Below are positions 39,640-54,149 of a stretch of 64,000 bases of DNA, piece after piece. The stretch spans positions 5,022,001-5,086,000 of the forward strand of contig NC_043003.1 of NCBI RefSeq assembly GCF_006345805.1, given 5' to 3'. Made by a program: the position numbers and the translations under genes. Source of the stretch: Octopus sinensis (Eukaryota). Numbering within the stretch: position 1 is the stretch's first letter; each line of letters starts with the position of its first letter. Below the pieces are notes generated by a model. That model made no database searches. It saw only the letters and a list, made by a program, of their open reading frames with translations, and was not told where the DNA came from.

Positions 39640-41408
39640 TATATACATGTATGCATATATATATATATATATAGACATATATATGTATGTGCATACATAT
39701 ACGTGTATGCATGTATAAATATACGACTCACTATAATAGCTCCATAATAAATCCATTTAAAGAATGCCAATTGCTCGAAGCCACACAATGGCCCGAGGTT
39801 GGCATGTATTTCAAGAAATAATATTTTCTCATTAATACGATCCTCCATACACTTTTAGTAATACAAGTTCCCCGAACTTCCACACAAAGAAAAACAAATA
39901 AGCCTTCAGTAGAGAGAGAGAGAGAGGGAGGGAGAGAAAGAGTGTGTGTTTGTGTGCGTGTGTGAGCGATTATGAATTTATGTACAGGGAGTCTGAAAGA
40001 AAAAAGAGTGTATATACAGAGAGAGATGCGTAGCTAGATATAGAAACCTAGATAGGAATTGGAAAATAGATATGTTTGGACCATCTTTTAGTATTATTCA
40101 AGACGTGTAAATTAAAGATTCGTAAACAACCGTAAAAGATAACAGAATTCTACCATTGAAATAACTCCAAAAATTTAAACATATTCAGCTATATGAATAC
40201 ATGAATATATATACCTCTCATATATATATATGTCCTTTGCCATCACCTTACCTAATACTTACTATCTATCTACCTACCTACCTACCTACCTATCTATCTA
40301 TATATCTATCTATCATGTATCTATCTGTCTACCTACCTATCTATCTATCTATCATGTTTCTTTTGTTTTTTGTTTTCTTCATCCCCCAAAAGAAAAGCTC
40401 TACCTTGTAACTTGTCCCATCTGTGTGCAACCCTGTATGGCCAATAAAGAAACTTATCTATCATGTATCTATCAATCTATCTATCTATCTATCTATCTAC
40501 CTACCTACCTACCTACCTACCGACCTACCTACCAACCTATCTCTCTCTCTCTTTCTATCTATCTATCATGTATCTATCTTTCTATCTCTCTATCTGTCTA
40601 CCTATCAATCAATCCATGTATTTATAATGTGTATTTGTGTGTGTGTGTATTTGTGTGTGTGTCTGAGTCTGTATGTGTATATATGTACGTGTAATGGATG
40701 CGTGTTTTCTGATAGATGTATACGTAGCTACGCACTTATGTGTAGAGTATATATTTAAAGGATATCTTTAAACATTTGCTGCACCCTTGGCTGTTCTTTC
40801 AGATCAAATGACAAACTTGTGTAACTAATGTTGTTGTTGTTGCTCAACTCAGTCCCTATTTAGTTGTGACTGAGCAAACAGATACTCAAATGCGTGCCAT
40901 CCGTGATCAATGCCGCGGCTCCCTGATTCTCATGTCGTTATGTGGTGTAGATAGATTTACCATCTATTTCTAGCAGTGTGGTGAACCCATGGGTATTCAC
41001 TCCCGTGTTTATGGTGTTTTTTTATGAAGTTAGTGTCGTTGTTTTCCTCGTTCAATTCTTGGTTGAATTACACAGAACAAACCTAATATCACAGACGTTT
41101 CGGACATGATCTTCACAATTTTCTTCAAATTTCCAAGTTCAGAATATATTTTCCGCCGTGTCCTTATGCCTTCAAACAGCAGAGTCTGATATAGGAGGTA
41201 CCTAGCTACTGTTTCTATGGGCCTAGGAGGCTTATGAGAAAATCAGAAAAGAAAAAAAAAATGTATATTTAGATATTTTTTTCGTTCGTGTGTTAATTTG
41301 TTTGTTGTCTAGTTTATCCTTTTTATTTACTTTTCTGTTTGCGAAAACTCACAGAACATAAATAAAAGACACACAACACACACATATATATATTTGTTCA
41401 AGCAGAAA

Positions 41409-41460
<52 letters not shown>

Positions 41461-41520
41461 AATATATACGTACATATACTTATATATATATATATATACA
41501 AATATATACATACATATACT

Positions 41521-41556
<36 letters not shown>

Positions 41557-42955
41557 ATATATATATATATATTATATATATACAACTATATACATATATA
41601 TATACAAACATAAACATATATATACATATAAACATAAACATATATATATGCATATATGTATATATGTTTATATATATATATAGATAGATACAAACATATA
41701 CTTATATATATATATATACACAATATATACATACATATACATATATATATATATATATATATACCTACATACATATATGTGCGTATGTGTGTATGTATAG
41801 GTCTTAAATTAATCAGTATATTACTGTTGGCTCCAAGTTTCGTGCTCTCACTTTGTTAGGATTACAATGTTCACAAATAGCCAGTGATTAGAGCCAAATT
41901 TAGACAAATTTTTTACAGCTTCCGTCAAATGCTATTCTCAAAGACATCAACTATTTTCTAATGATTGCAATGCTTCCAAATTAAAAGTGTCAGTTGTGAG
42001 AAACTACTGGAATGAATTACTCAGGGCGTAAATCAATGTTCTTACTTTTCTTCTCTTGGCAATATTTTTACTGCTTTATCGATTCCTCTCCGTTTTCTTG
42101 GAGAAAACATTGGCCAGTCTCTCCCTCTCTCCATCCCTCACACATTATATATATACATATACAATATATACATATAAACATATACATACATGTATATATA
42201 AATATATACATATATATATGTTTATATATATATATATATATATATATACATAAATGTATGTATCGATGTATATTTATCTATATGAATTCCTACAATAGCT
42301 ATATACGTAAAAACATACCTATGCATAATATATTTACTTTCATATATATATATATATACACACACATAATATATATAAGCACACAGATATATACACACGC
42401 ACATATCTATGCATACATATATATATATATACATATGTATGTGTGTGTGTGAGTGTGTATGTATTGTTTGGTAAATCAAACCTTACGGTGTTTGTTTCCA
42501 CTTTTCTGTTGACTGTTGGTTCCTGTTGGACGTAGACTTCGGTACCGAGGGGCGCCCCGTATTTCTATATCTGGTTTCGTTTTCATATTTCAAAAACGGA
42601 ATGACACGGTGCCCACGACACTTTTCGGCGTCTCAGATGTGAGAAGGAGATGTTTTTTTAATAGATATTTTCAAACTTAAGTCCAGTGCAGAATACTTGC
42701 AAATGAGTGAAGTTCACGAGTCGCGGTCATAATGTAAGTTTCTGGGATGAACTGGCTGGATAATTAACACCCAATACACACCTATACATACACTCACACA
42801 CGTGCGCGCATGTATATTAAATGGAAGGATAAAGAGTAAAAGAGTAGATAGTGCTTTCTGCTATCTACTGTTTACACTTTATTCTTCTATCTACTATTTT
42901 ATTCCTGTATAATCTGCAGATTTTCCTGTCAAGAACTTTCATATATACTCACCTT

Positions 42956-43031
42956 GTCCCTGATGACGGAATACCCAGCGTGCGGCCATGCTAGCATACC
43001 ACTTGAGATATCCCAGAAACAGCTGTAAGAC
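42956..43031 (+). ncRNA. Type I hammerhead ribozyme motif
   Basis: gtcc-CTGATGA-[imperfect extended stem II]-GAAA-CAGCT-GTA-agac; palindromic stem III; one mismatch at the base of stem I. Confidence 0.7.
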
Positions 43032-43254
43032 TTCAAAGTCACCTTAAAGTATACCTATGTATAATAATATTCTAAATGACTTGAGATACTCGTTCTGTCT
43101 TCGTTTTTGATGTCCATTTTCCTCTAATATATGTATATATGCTGAAGCTGCCAGTTTCATGCATATTTATCATGGAAGTACCAGATGTACCAAACTCGAA
43201 CACGAGCGGACGACGACGACGAAAGATATATATATATATATATATTTATAATGT

Positions 43255-43560
43255 CTTGGTATGCCACTGTCAACCATCGTGTTCCTGCTCCTGAAATCTT
43301 TTCTCTCAAACTGAAGCCGGGTAAGTTTATTTATGCTACAGAACCAAGTGTACGGGCTGTAAAATCCTCCTGCCCACATCAGTGACGCTGTGATAAAGAA
43401 CGGTCTGTAGCTATAAAACTTGTCATGATACCAATGGCGTTTAAAAATTACCGCAATTCCTAAAGAAGCGCAACAACATGTACAATATATTGTCTTATCT
43501 CAGCCTCAACAAACTACACCAGTTCATTACTCCATGCTGGTACTTCAGAAGATGGAAAAC
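43255..43560 (+). mobile_element. Possible decayed Gypsy gag N-terminal remnant
   Basis: AIPKEAQQHVQYIVLSQPQQTTPVHY loosely resembles the LP.E...V.D.I..PP...PY gag motif. Confidence 0.25.
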
Positions 43561-43992
43561 AATTTTGAACCCAGAATTTAAACCATAGGCACACATACAG
43601 CAAAAAATGGGTGAGTGAAGCTAGATACTCTGAGAACCGCAAGTTTTACAGGTATTATAAATATAATCTCACACACAGGTAAGAGTCCTGAATACGTACA
43701 CACAGGCACATATAGTGATATAGATCAAGAAATTGAGAAATAGATACATGAATATATTTATGTAGATATTGTTAAGCCAATATCTACTCGTATACATACG
43801 GAAATAGATATAATATACATTTATACTCCTCTAATTACAAACTTTATAATAATTTAGTTGAGATATACAATTATTGATACACATACTTAAACACACACAC
43901 ACATATTTATCTATCTATGTATCCAATTATCTATTATCTATCTCGATGTATGTATATATATATATATGTGTGTCTCTATTAATAATAATATG

Positions 43993-44042
<50 letters not shown>

Positions 44043-44908
44043 CGTATGTGTATATGTATGTATATATATGTGTTTGAGTGAAATTACATATACTTATAGA
44101 CAAAAGGTTTCCATTTGGAGATAGGCATAATTAGATCAGTGTTAATCTTCACATCGTACTTATTAGGGTGGAAACCAGTTCTTGATAAGAACCATTCATT
44201 GGTAAGACCAACAATAGCTTCAATATGGCATTGGGTAGTAATAATATTAATGATTTTATCGAATATATCAGAATTCTTCATTCCAAGCTGGGCTAAAATT
44301 AGGAAAGTCTTTTACAATGTGACAGAGATAATAATTACAGCACGGCAAATCGGGGAACGTGAGGTGTTGGCGGGTGGGGGGATGTCATTGTGGATGGAAT
44401 GAGAAATTTGCTGCAGATAATGGGGGGGGGGTTGATCATAACAGTGATGGTGCTAATGACGATGATGTTGTTAATAATGCTGGTGATGAAGATACTGATG
44501 ACTGTGATGATGGCAACGAAGAGGAGGGAGAGAAGAGGAGCGTGTAGAGATGAAGTATCTTGAAGATGATAGTTATGACGTATATGATAATGATAGTCAT
44601 GTTGGGCATAAGAGTGATGATGATGATGATGATGATGATGACGATGATGATGATGTCTGTGATGCATGGTGGTGGTGATGTTGAACAAAAGGGGAGGAGA
44701 AAGTCAAATGTTGATAAAAATGACGTGGAGCGAATTACTCAAGATAATGATATCTATGTTAATGATGTTGATAATTCGGTAATTAGAATCATATGTTAAT
44801 TTTGATGGGAATAATGACGATAATAATTATGACGATGATAATGATATTATTTGAGAAATCCATTTCATTGAGGAGAACAGTATTACTATCACTATTCATA
44901 GCATTATA

Positions 44909-44946
<38 letters not shown>

Positions 44947-45249
44947 AACAAATAATATCAATAATTAAAATAAGATGATGATCTTACATCATTCATGAAT
45001 ATGATGTTGAAATTTTGAAGGCGATTTTTAAGTTAAACAACAATATTTGAAATGGAAGCAGGTGAGGGAGCGGAATATTAGATGGATGGAGATCTGGAAA
45101 TGGAACCCAAAGGTAATCAAGTTGATGATTGAAGAAATCCTTTGCATTCTATACAGTGTCTCTGAACGGACACCGTGAAAATGCATGCATGACCCTTGTT
45201 CTGTGATATCCGTTTCAGAGCATAAAACGTATTTGTATGGGTATCATGC

Positions 45250-46950
45250 AAATTACTTCATGTCCCTTTTCTTCCCGGACTGCTGCAGAGACCCGAGTAC
45301 TGCAGAGTCCAAGCGGTGAAGATATGATAAGCTCTCAAATCATGATTGAAGTATTCAGAAGGGAGTTTTTGGACAGCAAATAGGCCCAGGCCACAGCAAG
45401 GAAGGCCAGTTTTGTTAAGATGGACGAACATCGAAAGCAAACAGAGAACTTTTAGGACTGTTTGCTTTCCGTGATCCCTTTTTGAGCGATGTGAGCTAAT
45501 CCGGAGAAAGAGTTAAAATTTTCATTACACATCATCGAGTGCTTGTAAAGAAGGGAGAAAATGTTACTTTCTGAGGATAACCGTGGTATGGGAATGCAAG
45601 TCGTAGGTGTCTAAAAGCGTAAGGATGTGAAGAGGGCTGCTGCATAACTGGAGTGGAGAAGAAGCGTATGTCAGTGGAAGCGGGCAATGGAGCATATGCG
45701 CATCGTTCACTTAGTAAAGTTGACGTATTTGTATGGGTAATGTTAGTGAGAAAGAGAAGAGACATTAAGAGCAAGCTGGATGCTATAAAGTAACATTAGA
45801 ATATTTCTCCATGGCTAAAAAGAAGCACTGCTGAGGTGAGTAGAATATCACACAAATACAGGTTAAGGCCTGATCAGCCTTTGTTGGCTCACCAGCAATG
45901 GATTCATATTTTAAGACTTGAAAAACTCTGGGACTCAAGGATATATCATTGCTACAGCGCCAAAATATTGCTTCAATCAACACATGAAGAACTGCTACCC
46001 ATTTTCTAGGTCCCAGAAGAATAGAAGAATGTGGGTGTGCGTGCTTGTGTAATTTGATTTAGAAACAATGTGTGTTTCTGACGTAGCAGAGAAAATAATG
46101 TCTTTAAAAGTACAATTACAGTGAAGCAAGCATTCAGTAGAGTGTTAGATTATAAAAACCGGGTTTGCGGGAATAAGCGCTCTGTTTGATGTATTCCAGA
46201 TGAAATAATAACATTAGCAATGATAGAATAAGAGACTTTTATAGACTTTTTTATTAAAAGTACCAAATATGATGAGTAGAGAAATATTTTGTAAAGAGTA
46301 AAAGAAAATGGCTACGAATAAGGAAGCTTGTTGGTTAAAAGGAAGTTGAAACCATTTAACGTTTCTTTACGATTTTGTTTATGTTGGCTGGTAAGATTTC
46401 GGTATCTACCTATGAAATGGATTCAGATAATTATACGTGTACTTACACTTCATTGTACTCGACTCAAGCGTCCCTGGATGTTGGAAACGAGAGAAAAACA
46501 CTTAAGTTATTAGCTTTACGTAGAAAATTTGAAATATTCTGTAGGTCAACGTTTGCAGCGAGGAGCCGCTTTGGATTCTCTCTGAAAGAAATTGTTGACG
46601 TTGAGGGCGACGACCAGAAGTCTGGTAACACCATGCTGAGATTCGACCATGCATTTTAAACTTGCTTCTTTATAGCTTATACTACATGGATGCCAACTTG
46701 ATGTTATAGAGGAGTACTAGGTCAAAGCCTTTTCTGCAATGTGGAGAAACTCGGAGTGTAGACAATTCAACTGATATAAGACCATAATGTCGGAAATTAC
46801 AGTGGAATGGCTCGATCCCATGGTCAAATCGAATGACCTTTATCAACAGGTTTTTATAAAAGAATAAACTGGAAGTCATTGCACGTGTGCTATTAATAAT
46901 ACGGTGGAATCCGGGGTGGTGAGTTCGAATGAAGCGCTAGTAGTACAATA
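45250..46950 (-). mobile_element. Highly decayed CR1/Jockey-like LINE ORF2 relic
   Basis: Remnants in the expected order: RHYGLISV (YRPIS), VVALNVNNFF (ALDISKAF), KADQAL..FYSPQQ, SSHPY; many stops. Confidence 0.4.
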
Positions 46951-49122
46951 AAGTGAAAATGGATAAATTAATAGTTTTACTTCGTTGGTTGGAGTTTCAA
47001 CCAAGTAATCACAGAATCGATATATTTCCATAGCCATAAATTACGATAGATCGCATCTAATAATACTAATGTCTGGCTTGGAAAGAATAAACACCTCCGC
47101 ATCAACAACGAAACTTTCCTATAATCCAATGAAACTATAAATCGAAATTCATAAATATAATATGTATATTCGGCAGAAGTCTACCAATATGAATTGTAAG
47201 AAAAAACTAAATTCATAACCGGAAATCACATCATTGCAGAAGCCTAAAATATGGTAATTTATTTTGGTAAAGAAGACAGGATAGAATCTTTAGCATTAGA
47301 AAAAACAATTTTTCAGTTCCAAACGTTAACCGCCGTACCCCGTCGTGCAATGTGTGTAACCAAACAAGTATAAATGTTATTCTATGTCTTTGATGAAGGA
47401 TATTAGTATTGTTCTTCAGAATGGTAACAACCGTACCAATTGCAATGAAGACGAAGCATGTGGATTATGCCAATGCCAAGGAATTTTCGCACTTTTGGTA
47501 GGCATTATGGAATGAGAATAATATCCGCAAAGTAAATCCGTTGTCAGATTCTCTACTCGTATGTTTCTCAGAACCACATTCTTGGGTAACATGTAAATGA
47601 AATGGAAAGTTTGGCATATATACAGCTGACAATTATTCTAGAGTAAGTTGACAAGAACGTCATTACTAGAACGAACAGAGCATTCAACAGAGACTTCATG
47701 GAGAGTTTGGCCGTTCAGCAATAATTATAATTTTACACTCAAATAAATCAGCCACTAGACTGTTTTAGACTGACAGCTTTTAGATGAGATGACGTACTAT
47801 ATTTTAAAGGGATATGTCCTATTGGGACCTTAGACACTCGGAAACTGGAAGACCTGCACAGAACGAATACGTCACCGTTTGGAACGCTTTCGGTGTCCTT
47901 TGGAGATATATTGTTCAAAATTATAAACTCATTCTATTTCTTTCTTTTAAGAACGAACGACGGGTGAATTTTTCATAAATATTAGCACCGATGAGGGATT
48001 TTTTATTTCTTTCTTTTATAACCGGGTCCCAGAGGCTTTTAAAACAAAAGGGACTATTTTAATATCAGAGTTGTAATGGTTGTGAAACGTTTGCAGTAAA
48101 ATGGACTACTGTGTTGTGATGTTAAGATAGATAAGTCCACCTAATAGATTATTTTCTCCCTTTATATATTTTCAAGGAACTGGGCATCCTGTAAGTCATG
48201 GCATTTTCAAATCTGGGATTTGAACAAATTCCACCACATAAGAACAAAGGGGGTCTCTCTCTCTCTCTCTTTATATATATATAAAGCGCCAGACCACGGG
48301 ACTCAGTAAGCTAATATGGCGACTGAAGGATACGAACTTAAGCTATAGGCTGGAATGGTCAATTTTGTCGGTGGCCCTCCCATTTGATAGGGGCAGAAGA
48401 CAGTGCAACCTTTGTGTCTCCGAACTCTTCCATATTTTGTTTGCCAGAGGCCGGATGGTAAACGGGCTTTTACAGTCGGCTTTTCGATGCCCCCATTGGC
48501 GGCGTTACACTTATCTGGCTTTTAAATAGCGTTTATAAATAATACCGGCACCCATAGCCCTTGGTAACAAACTCTGAAATAGCCTTTAAGATATCTACGA
48601 TTAACCACTGCAAGGGGAATTACTCCTGTAAGACAAACGGGGCTTGGTTTTTTCACAGCGGGGGGTTTCCTTGACAAGGCAGGCTTAGATGAACGCACAC
48701 ATACATAAAACATAATATATATATATATTTTTTCTTTCTGCCACCCAACGGTTCTCACGGCAGTAGCCACTGACAGCCACTGACAGCCGAACGATCAAAC
48801 GCACACACGTACACAAAAAATGTTTTCTACCCCTACGCCAACACACACATATATAGAACAGTATACACACACACACGTCTCTAAGTAGATTTTTTCTCGC
48901 CCCTTATAAAACATCCAATATTCCTTAAATAGTTAGAACTTTATTCTCGGTCACAAAGAACATCTATACACCCTCACCCACATGATTGACCGATGCCTGA
49001 CCCGTTGAATTCTCAACATACACTGATAAACAGTTTCGCCATGGGCTCTTAGGAGCATAATTCGATTTGTTTTTGCTCCGCCTCTGTTCTGTTTTTGTTT
49101 TTCCAACGGATTTCCTTTTTTC

Positions 49123-49202
49123 TTCCTGAAGAGAAAGACACAATATGGTCCCATTATTCAATCGGATTTTGGTAATTTGTGCCTTTCGAAACACGTGTAG
49201 AA
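49123..49202 (+). ncRNA. Type I hammerhead ribozyme motif with intact catalytic core
   Basis: ttc-CTGAAGA-GAAAGaCACAA(loop)TTGTGcCTTTC-GAAA-CACGT-GTA-gaa, followed by AATAAA at 49206. Confidence 0.8.
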
Positions 49203-49255
49203 TGAAATAAAACGATTTCTGTTCAATCTGCGTTCAGCTCCATTTCTTCAATTCA

Positions 49256-49304
<49 letters not shown>

Positions 49305-49308
<4 letters not shown>

Positions 49309-49645
49309 TGGTACAAAAACATTCTAGTCGATCCAATCAACGGAACAACATGCTCGTGAAATGGGCAAGTGGCTGAGCACTCCACAGACACGTGTACCCT
49401 TAATGTAGTTCTCGGGGGAGGTTCAGCGTGACACAGAGTGTGGCAAGGCCGTCCCCTTTGAAATCCAGGTACATCAGAAACAGGAAGAAAGAGTGAGAGA
49501 AAGTTGTGGTGAAAGAGTACTGCAGGGTTCGCCACGCCCCATGCCGGAGCCTCGTGGAGCTTTATATGTTTTCACTCAATAAACACTCACAACGTCCGGT
49601 CTGGGAATCGAAACCGCGATCACACGACCGCGAGTCCCGTGTCAT
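49305..49645 (-). mobile_element. tRNA-derived SINE family D
   Basis: Minus head ggactcgcggtcgtgtgatcgcggtttcgattccc (B-box-like); GC-richer body bounded by (TA)n. Confidence 0.6.
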
Positions 49646-50030
49646 TGCACTTCCACACATATCTATATATGCGTGTATATATATATATATATATATATAT
49701 AAATGCACACACAAATTCTACATAAATTCTAATATGTGTGTGTGTCTGAAAGATAGATAGTGTGAGTGTGTTAGTTTGCGTGTGTGCAGACTGTGACACA
49801 CATACAAACGCATTTATTTCATCCAATTACCATTTTTTATTTTGCACAAAACTTTTTTTAAAGAAAATCATTTCTACTGTCTTTCATTATTTTTCTTTTT
49901 TATATTTTGGTTTTCGGAAATTTTAGATTTATTTGCAACAATAGCTATTGAGGCATCGCTTGCTTAGCATAAACACAGGCTGATATATGTCTTTGTATAT
50001 ATAATATATATATATATATGTATATATTTA

Positions 50031-50091
<61 letters not shown>

Positions 50092-50194
50092 TATATATAT
50101 ATTATATATATATGCACATATATTATATATATATGCACATATATATATATATATATATATGCACATATATATATATATCTGCACATATATATAT

Positions 50195-50227
<33 letters not shown>

Positions 50228-50231
50228 GCAC

Positions 50232-50263
<32 letters not shown>

Positions 50264-50436
50264 GTAGGTGTGTATATGTGTGCGTCTACCAACATATTTG
50301 TGTACAATTACATACTTGAAAATTTTATGCACATAATCTATCGGGTGAGATTAATATAACAACTGTTATCCATTAAGGGGAACTCACACAAACACATACA
50401 TACATAGATACATACATACATACATACATACATACA

Positions 50437-50472
<36 letters not shown>

Positions 50473-50789
50473 TATACACAGATACATAATTAATCACATA
50501 TGTGTATACACACATCTTTATATGAAACTGTATGTCTTTATATTGTCAAAGCGAGTGGTTGGCACTAAATTTCATACAAAGGCAAAACAGAGATTGAGAC
50601 AAGCACACACCCACCCACCCACACACGCGCCTACAAATACTGATACGTACGCTTGTGTGTTGGTGTGTTTTCATGTGTTCCATTGAATGCGTCAATATCG
50701 ATTTCCTGGTCACAGAATCCTCCTCCCCCTACCACCACAGCTTCTACCCTCACCCTCTCGCCCTTTCTTAGAATCGTTACAAGATTTAC

Positions 50790-50955
50790 CAAAGGTGCGA
50801 CTTCCAAGCTTAACACAGTATTCTTTGTTGTCAACTAATTGTTTGTCGTTTCTACTCAACCTACAAATATTGCTCATAGTCTCGCAATCGTTCTGCACTT
50901 GCAGATAGTTCCAAAACAACACTTTACAAAGAAACAACAACATCCCATCCGCCAA
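50790..50955 (-). CDS. Candidate first coding exon (weak signal-peptide-like start)
   Basis: MADGMLLFLCKVLFWNYLQVQNDC...KLGSRTF-G|gtaaat; phase-1 donor compatible with the acceptor at 16046; no homology recognised. Confidence 0.25.
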
Positions 50956-51314
50956 TCCCTTTTCTCTTTCTTTCTTTCTGTCTTTCTTTCTTTCCTTCCT
51001 CTCCGCCTTCTCATCCTTCTTTTTCTCCCTCCCCCCGTTCCTTACTCTTCTCTCACAACCATCGTCACACGCATTACCATCATTGTTATCACGGCACCCA
51101 CTATCACGAACCCGTGACGACGACGACCACTGCCATCACTATCACCAATGCCATCATCATCCTTTTCAGCATCAGTAAGGGCAGTGTCGTTGGCCGTCGC
51201 CTTCCTCATTTATTTTTTTATCTCCATCTTCTTCCATTTGTAGGTATGTAAAGGGAAGACGGAGAAAGAAAATCGCCAACAATACACACGCGGTCACATA
51301 TATATATATAAGTA

Positions 51315-51460
51315 CAAGTTTCCGTCTATAAAATCCATTCTTAAGACTTTGGATCATGCTGGGGCTATAGTAAAAGACATTGCCTAAGAGGTCACGCAAC
51401 GGGAATAAACCCAGAACCATGTGGTTACGAAACGAACTGTTTTTTTTTATCACACAATCA
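51315..51460 (-). mobile_element. SINE family B fragment
   Basis: gtttccgtcta...ggctatagtaaaagac...cccagaaccatgtggtt. Confidence 0.65.
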
Positions 51461-52374
51461 TTCCTTATATTTATTGAGATATGTTGATGATGGCTGTCAA
51501 CTCGTGGCCGAGGAAGACTATCACTGACCACTGTCCATGCAAAATGCCAGCAATACCCGTGCCTGGGTTTATTGCACTAGTTTTACCTGGGTTCACGATC
51601 GCAGATTCCCTGCTCGCCGCGCCGTCCTCTTGCACGACAGGGTATCGGATTGTTGCCTCACCGGCGATTTCGCAGCATAGAATTTTAGAAACAATAAGGC
51701 TTGCACGACACCTCACAGATTCTCTCCACTGACATACGGAGACAAGTAAGGAAAAGTTACCCAGTACTAATATCGGTCACCAGCTCAGGAATGTGGGAGC
51801 GCCATGATCTGGGGCGCAAGCAAAAATACCCAAAATCTTTAATGCCATTTGTTTTTATATCAGAGTGACCTCCTCCTAGACAAATAATTTACTAAAATTT
51901 AAGGAGTGCCTCATTCCCAGTGGTCTTCTGAGATGCTGGACACCAACTCGAAATTTCTGGTGGCCCGTGATATTGCTAGGTAGTCGTTGGATTTACACTT
52001 TATAGGTCTTCGCTTTAGTCCTGCTGGGTTTCTTGTAGCGCTCCTCACCAGGCAAGCTTAGCCACTTTAGATGCTGTTGACCCAACCATGCAACAGGTTG
52101 TACTGTTTTACATGCATACTTTCACGTGCAAATGTATAAGTATGAAAGGACTCATTATCCATTGGTTATAAAGGTTTTTGACAATCACGAGTTCCTTATT
52201 TCGATTCCCTGTAGAGATATCTTCCATCATAATTAGCGGTTGAACCAATCCTTCCGCACAAAATGGTTCACAGGGAAACTGTGGCAGAGAACCCAATGGA
52301 TGGCAACAGTATTTTAATGGGTCTACCTTTCCGCTCAGTGTTTCATACTAAACCTTAATAATTTTGATAAGTAG

Positions 52375-52592
52375 GGCTGTGAGCTGGCAGAATCCTTATC
52401 ATGCAGGGTAAAATACTTAGCGACATTTCGCCCGCCTTCTCGTCCTGAGTTCAAATTCAGCTAAGGTCAACTTTACCTTTCATGTTTCCAGGGTCAACTG
52501 AATGAGGACCAGTTAAGCATTTTGGTCAATGCAATCGAATTAACCGCTCGCAGTCCCCGAACTTACTGATCTCGGGCCAAAGTTTGAAATCA
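52375..52592 (+). mobile_element. SINE family A, old copy
   Basis: gagctggcagaatc...gagttcaaattc...ggtcaactttacctttcat. Confidence 0.7.
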
Positions 52593-53341
52593 ATAACTAC
52601 GATAAGCGTACACCACACTTTGGAATACTCAGCCACTTATACAGTAAGCCAGGACAGATAATTCAGCTGATCTAAGCCAAAAAATATTCTCCATGAAATT
52701 TATATCAGTTTCTCTTTTACACTCTACGTACTTTTGTGATTTCTGGGTCAAATCAATAAACTCCATTTGAATTATACAAACAGCTGCATATTTATGCTTA
52801 TATATGCACACACATACACACACACACACATATATATATATACATGTAAGTATATATACATTCACTTACACACACAAATATAAAATCTACAGGTAAGTGT
52901 GTGTGAGTGGGTGAGTGTTTGGGGATATATATTCCAGCGTGTTGCAGAGAAGATATTTCATATATGCACAGAACACAAGAGAACACAACGTACAGATTTG
53001 GTCTCTATCAAAGATGTGAAAACGGAACAAACGTGAAAACCACCTTCGGTTATGTAAATAGACAATAGAATATTTAAAAGCACCTTTTTATATTCTTGGC
53101 TGATTAATAATTGTCTTTGATCTCTATGGAAATCCTGATTGTCATTTTTGAAATATCTCAGTCTTAGAATTACTTCGACAAATTCCATTCTCGTTACTCG
53201 CTTCTAATCAAACAGCATACAATGGGGAAATAATGTCGGATTAAACAAACTTCATAAATAAGCAACGTTACGGCTCGCTTGTAATTAACATCATTGAACA
53301 CTGCAGTAGGAAAGAATAACGATGATGATGATGACAACAAC

Positions 53342-53378
<37 letters not shown>

Positions 53379-54149
53379 GCGACAACATAAGCAAAAAGGA
53401 TGATAGTAATAATGATGATGGTGATGATTGTTATAATAGCATAAATGTAAACATGAAGAGTAGTTAAAGTCTGCACATTACATTTTCTCTGTTTTAAGTA
53501 TACACAATTTACTTAGCAGCAGATATTGTTGTAAATAAACTAATAAGATAAAACAGTTTAATATTCGAAGCATTAATATTGATGGTATGATATAGCGAAC
53601 GTAGGATTACACTTGAGAATAGCATCTGAAATAAATCTACATAACTGCACAACTACTAAGAATAATGTCACATTGTTTCAAAGACTTATGGTAAATTCAG
53701 AAAATTAATTTAAGAATTGCCCTAATAAATATTTCAAGTTATTTAATCTGATTGCAGTTAACATTTATTTATGCAGGTTAAAGTTAAATTTATTATTTAG
53801 ATATTTGTGAGAAAACTTTCACAGAGCTAGGAAGTTAGTTTTCGGGGCCACTCGCTCTTGGTAAATGTTTGAAATATGTTATAGTATAAAATATTTCTTA
53901 TTTCTTATGATTACAAACTATTTTAATACCTGGATACGAACTATAATACATTTATGCCTTAAAAGATTGATGGGGTTTCACGTTATGCACAGTCAGTCGC
54001 AAATACTAGTTTCAGGAAATTCCAGAACAACAGGTATTGCATGTGTGAAACCATATAAAGTAGAGTTAAGTGGTGACTATCAAAGTTTATGCTGAAAGTA
54101 TCACATAACCAGCTGTACTAAAATTGATGAGAAAAACTGTAGGCCATAC

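Noticed and set aside
51480-52300. Possible decayed LINE endonuclease (-)
   Set aside because: Only GIFACAP- and VLGNF-like scraps; too degraded to classify
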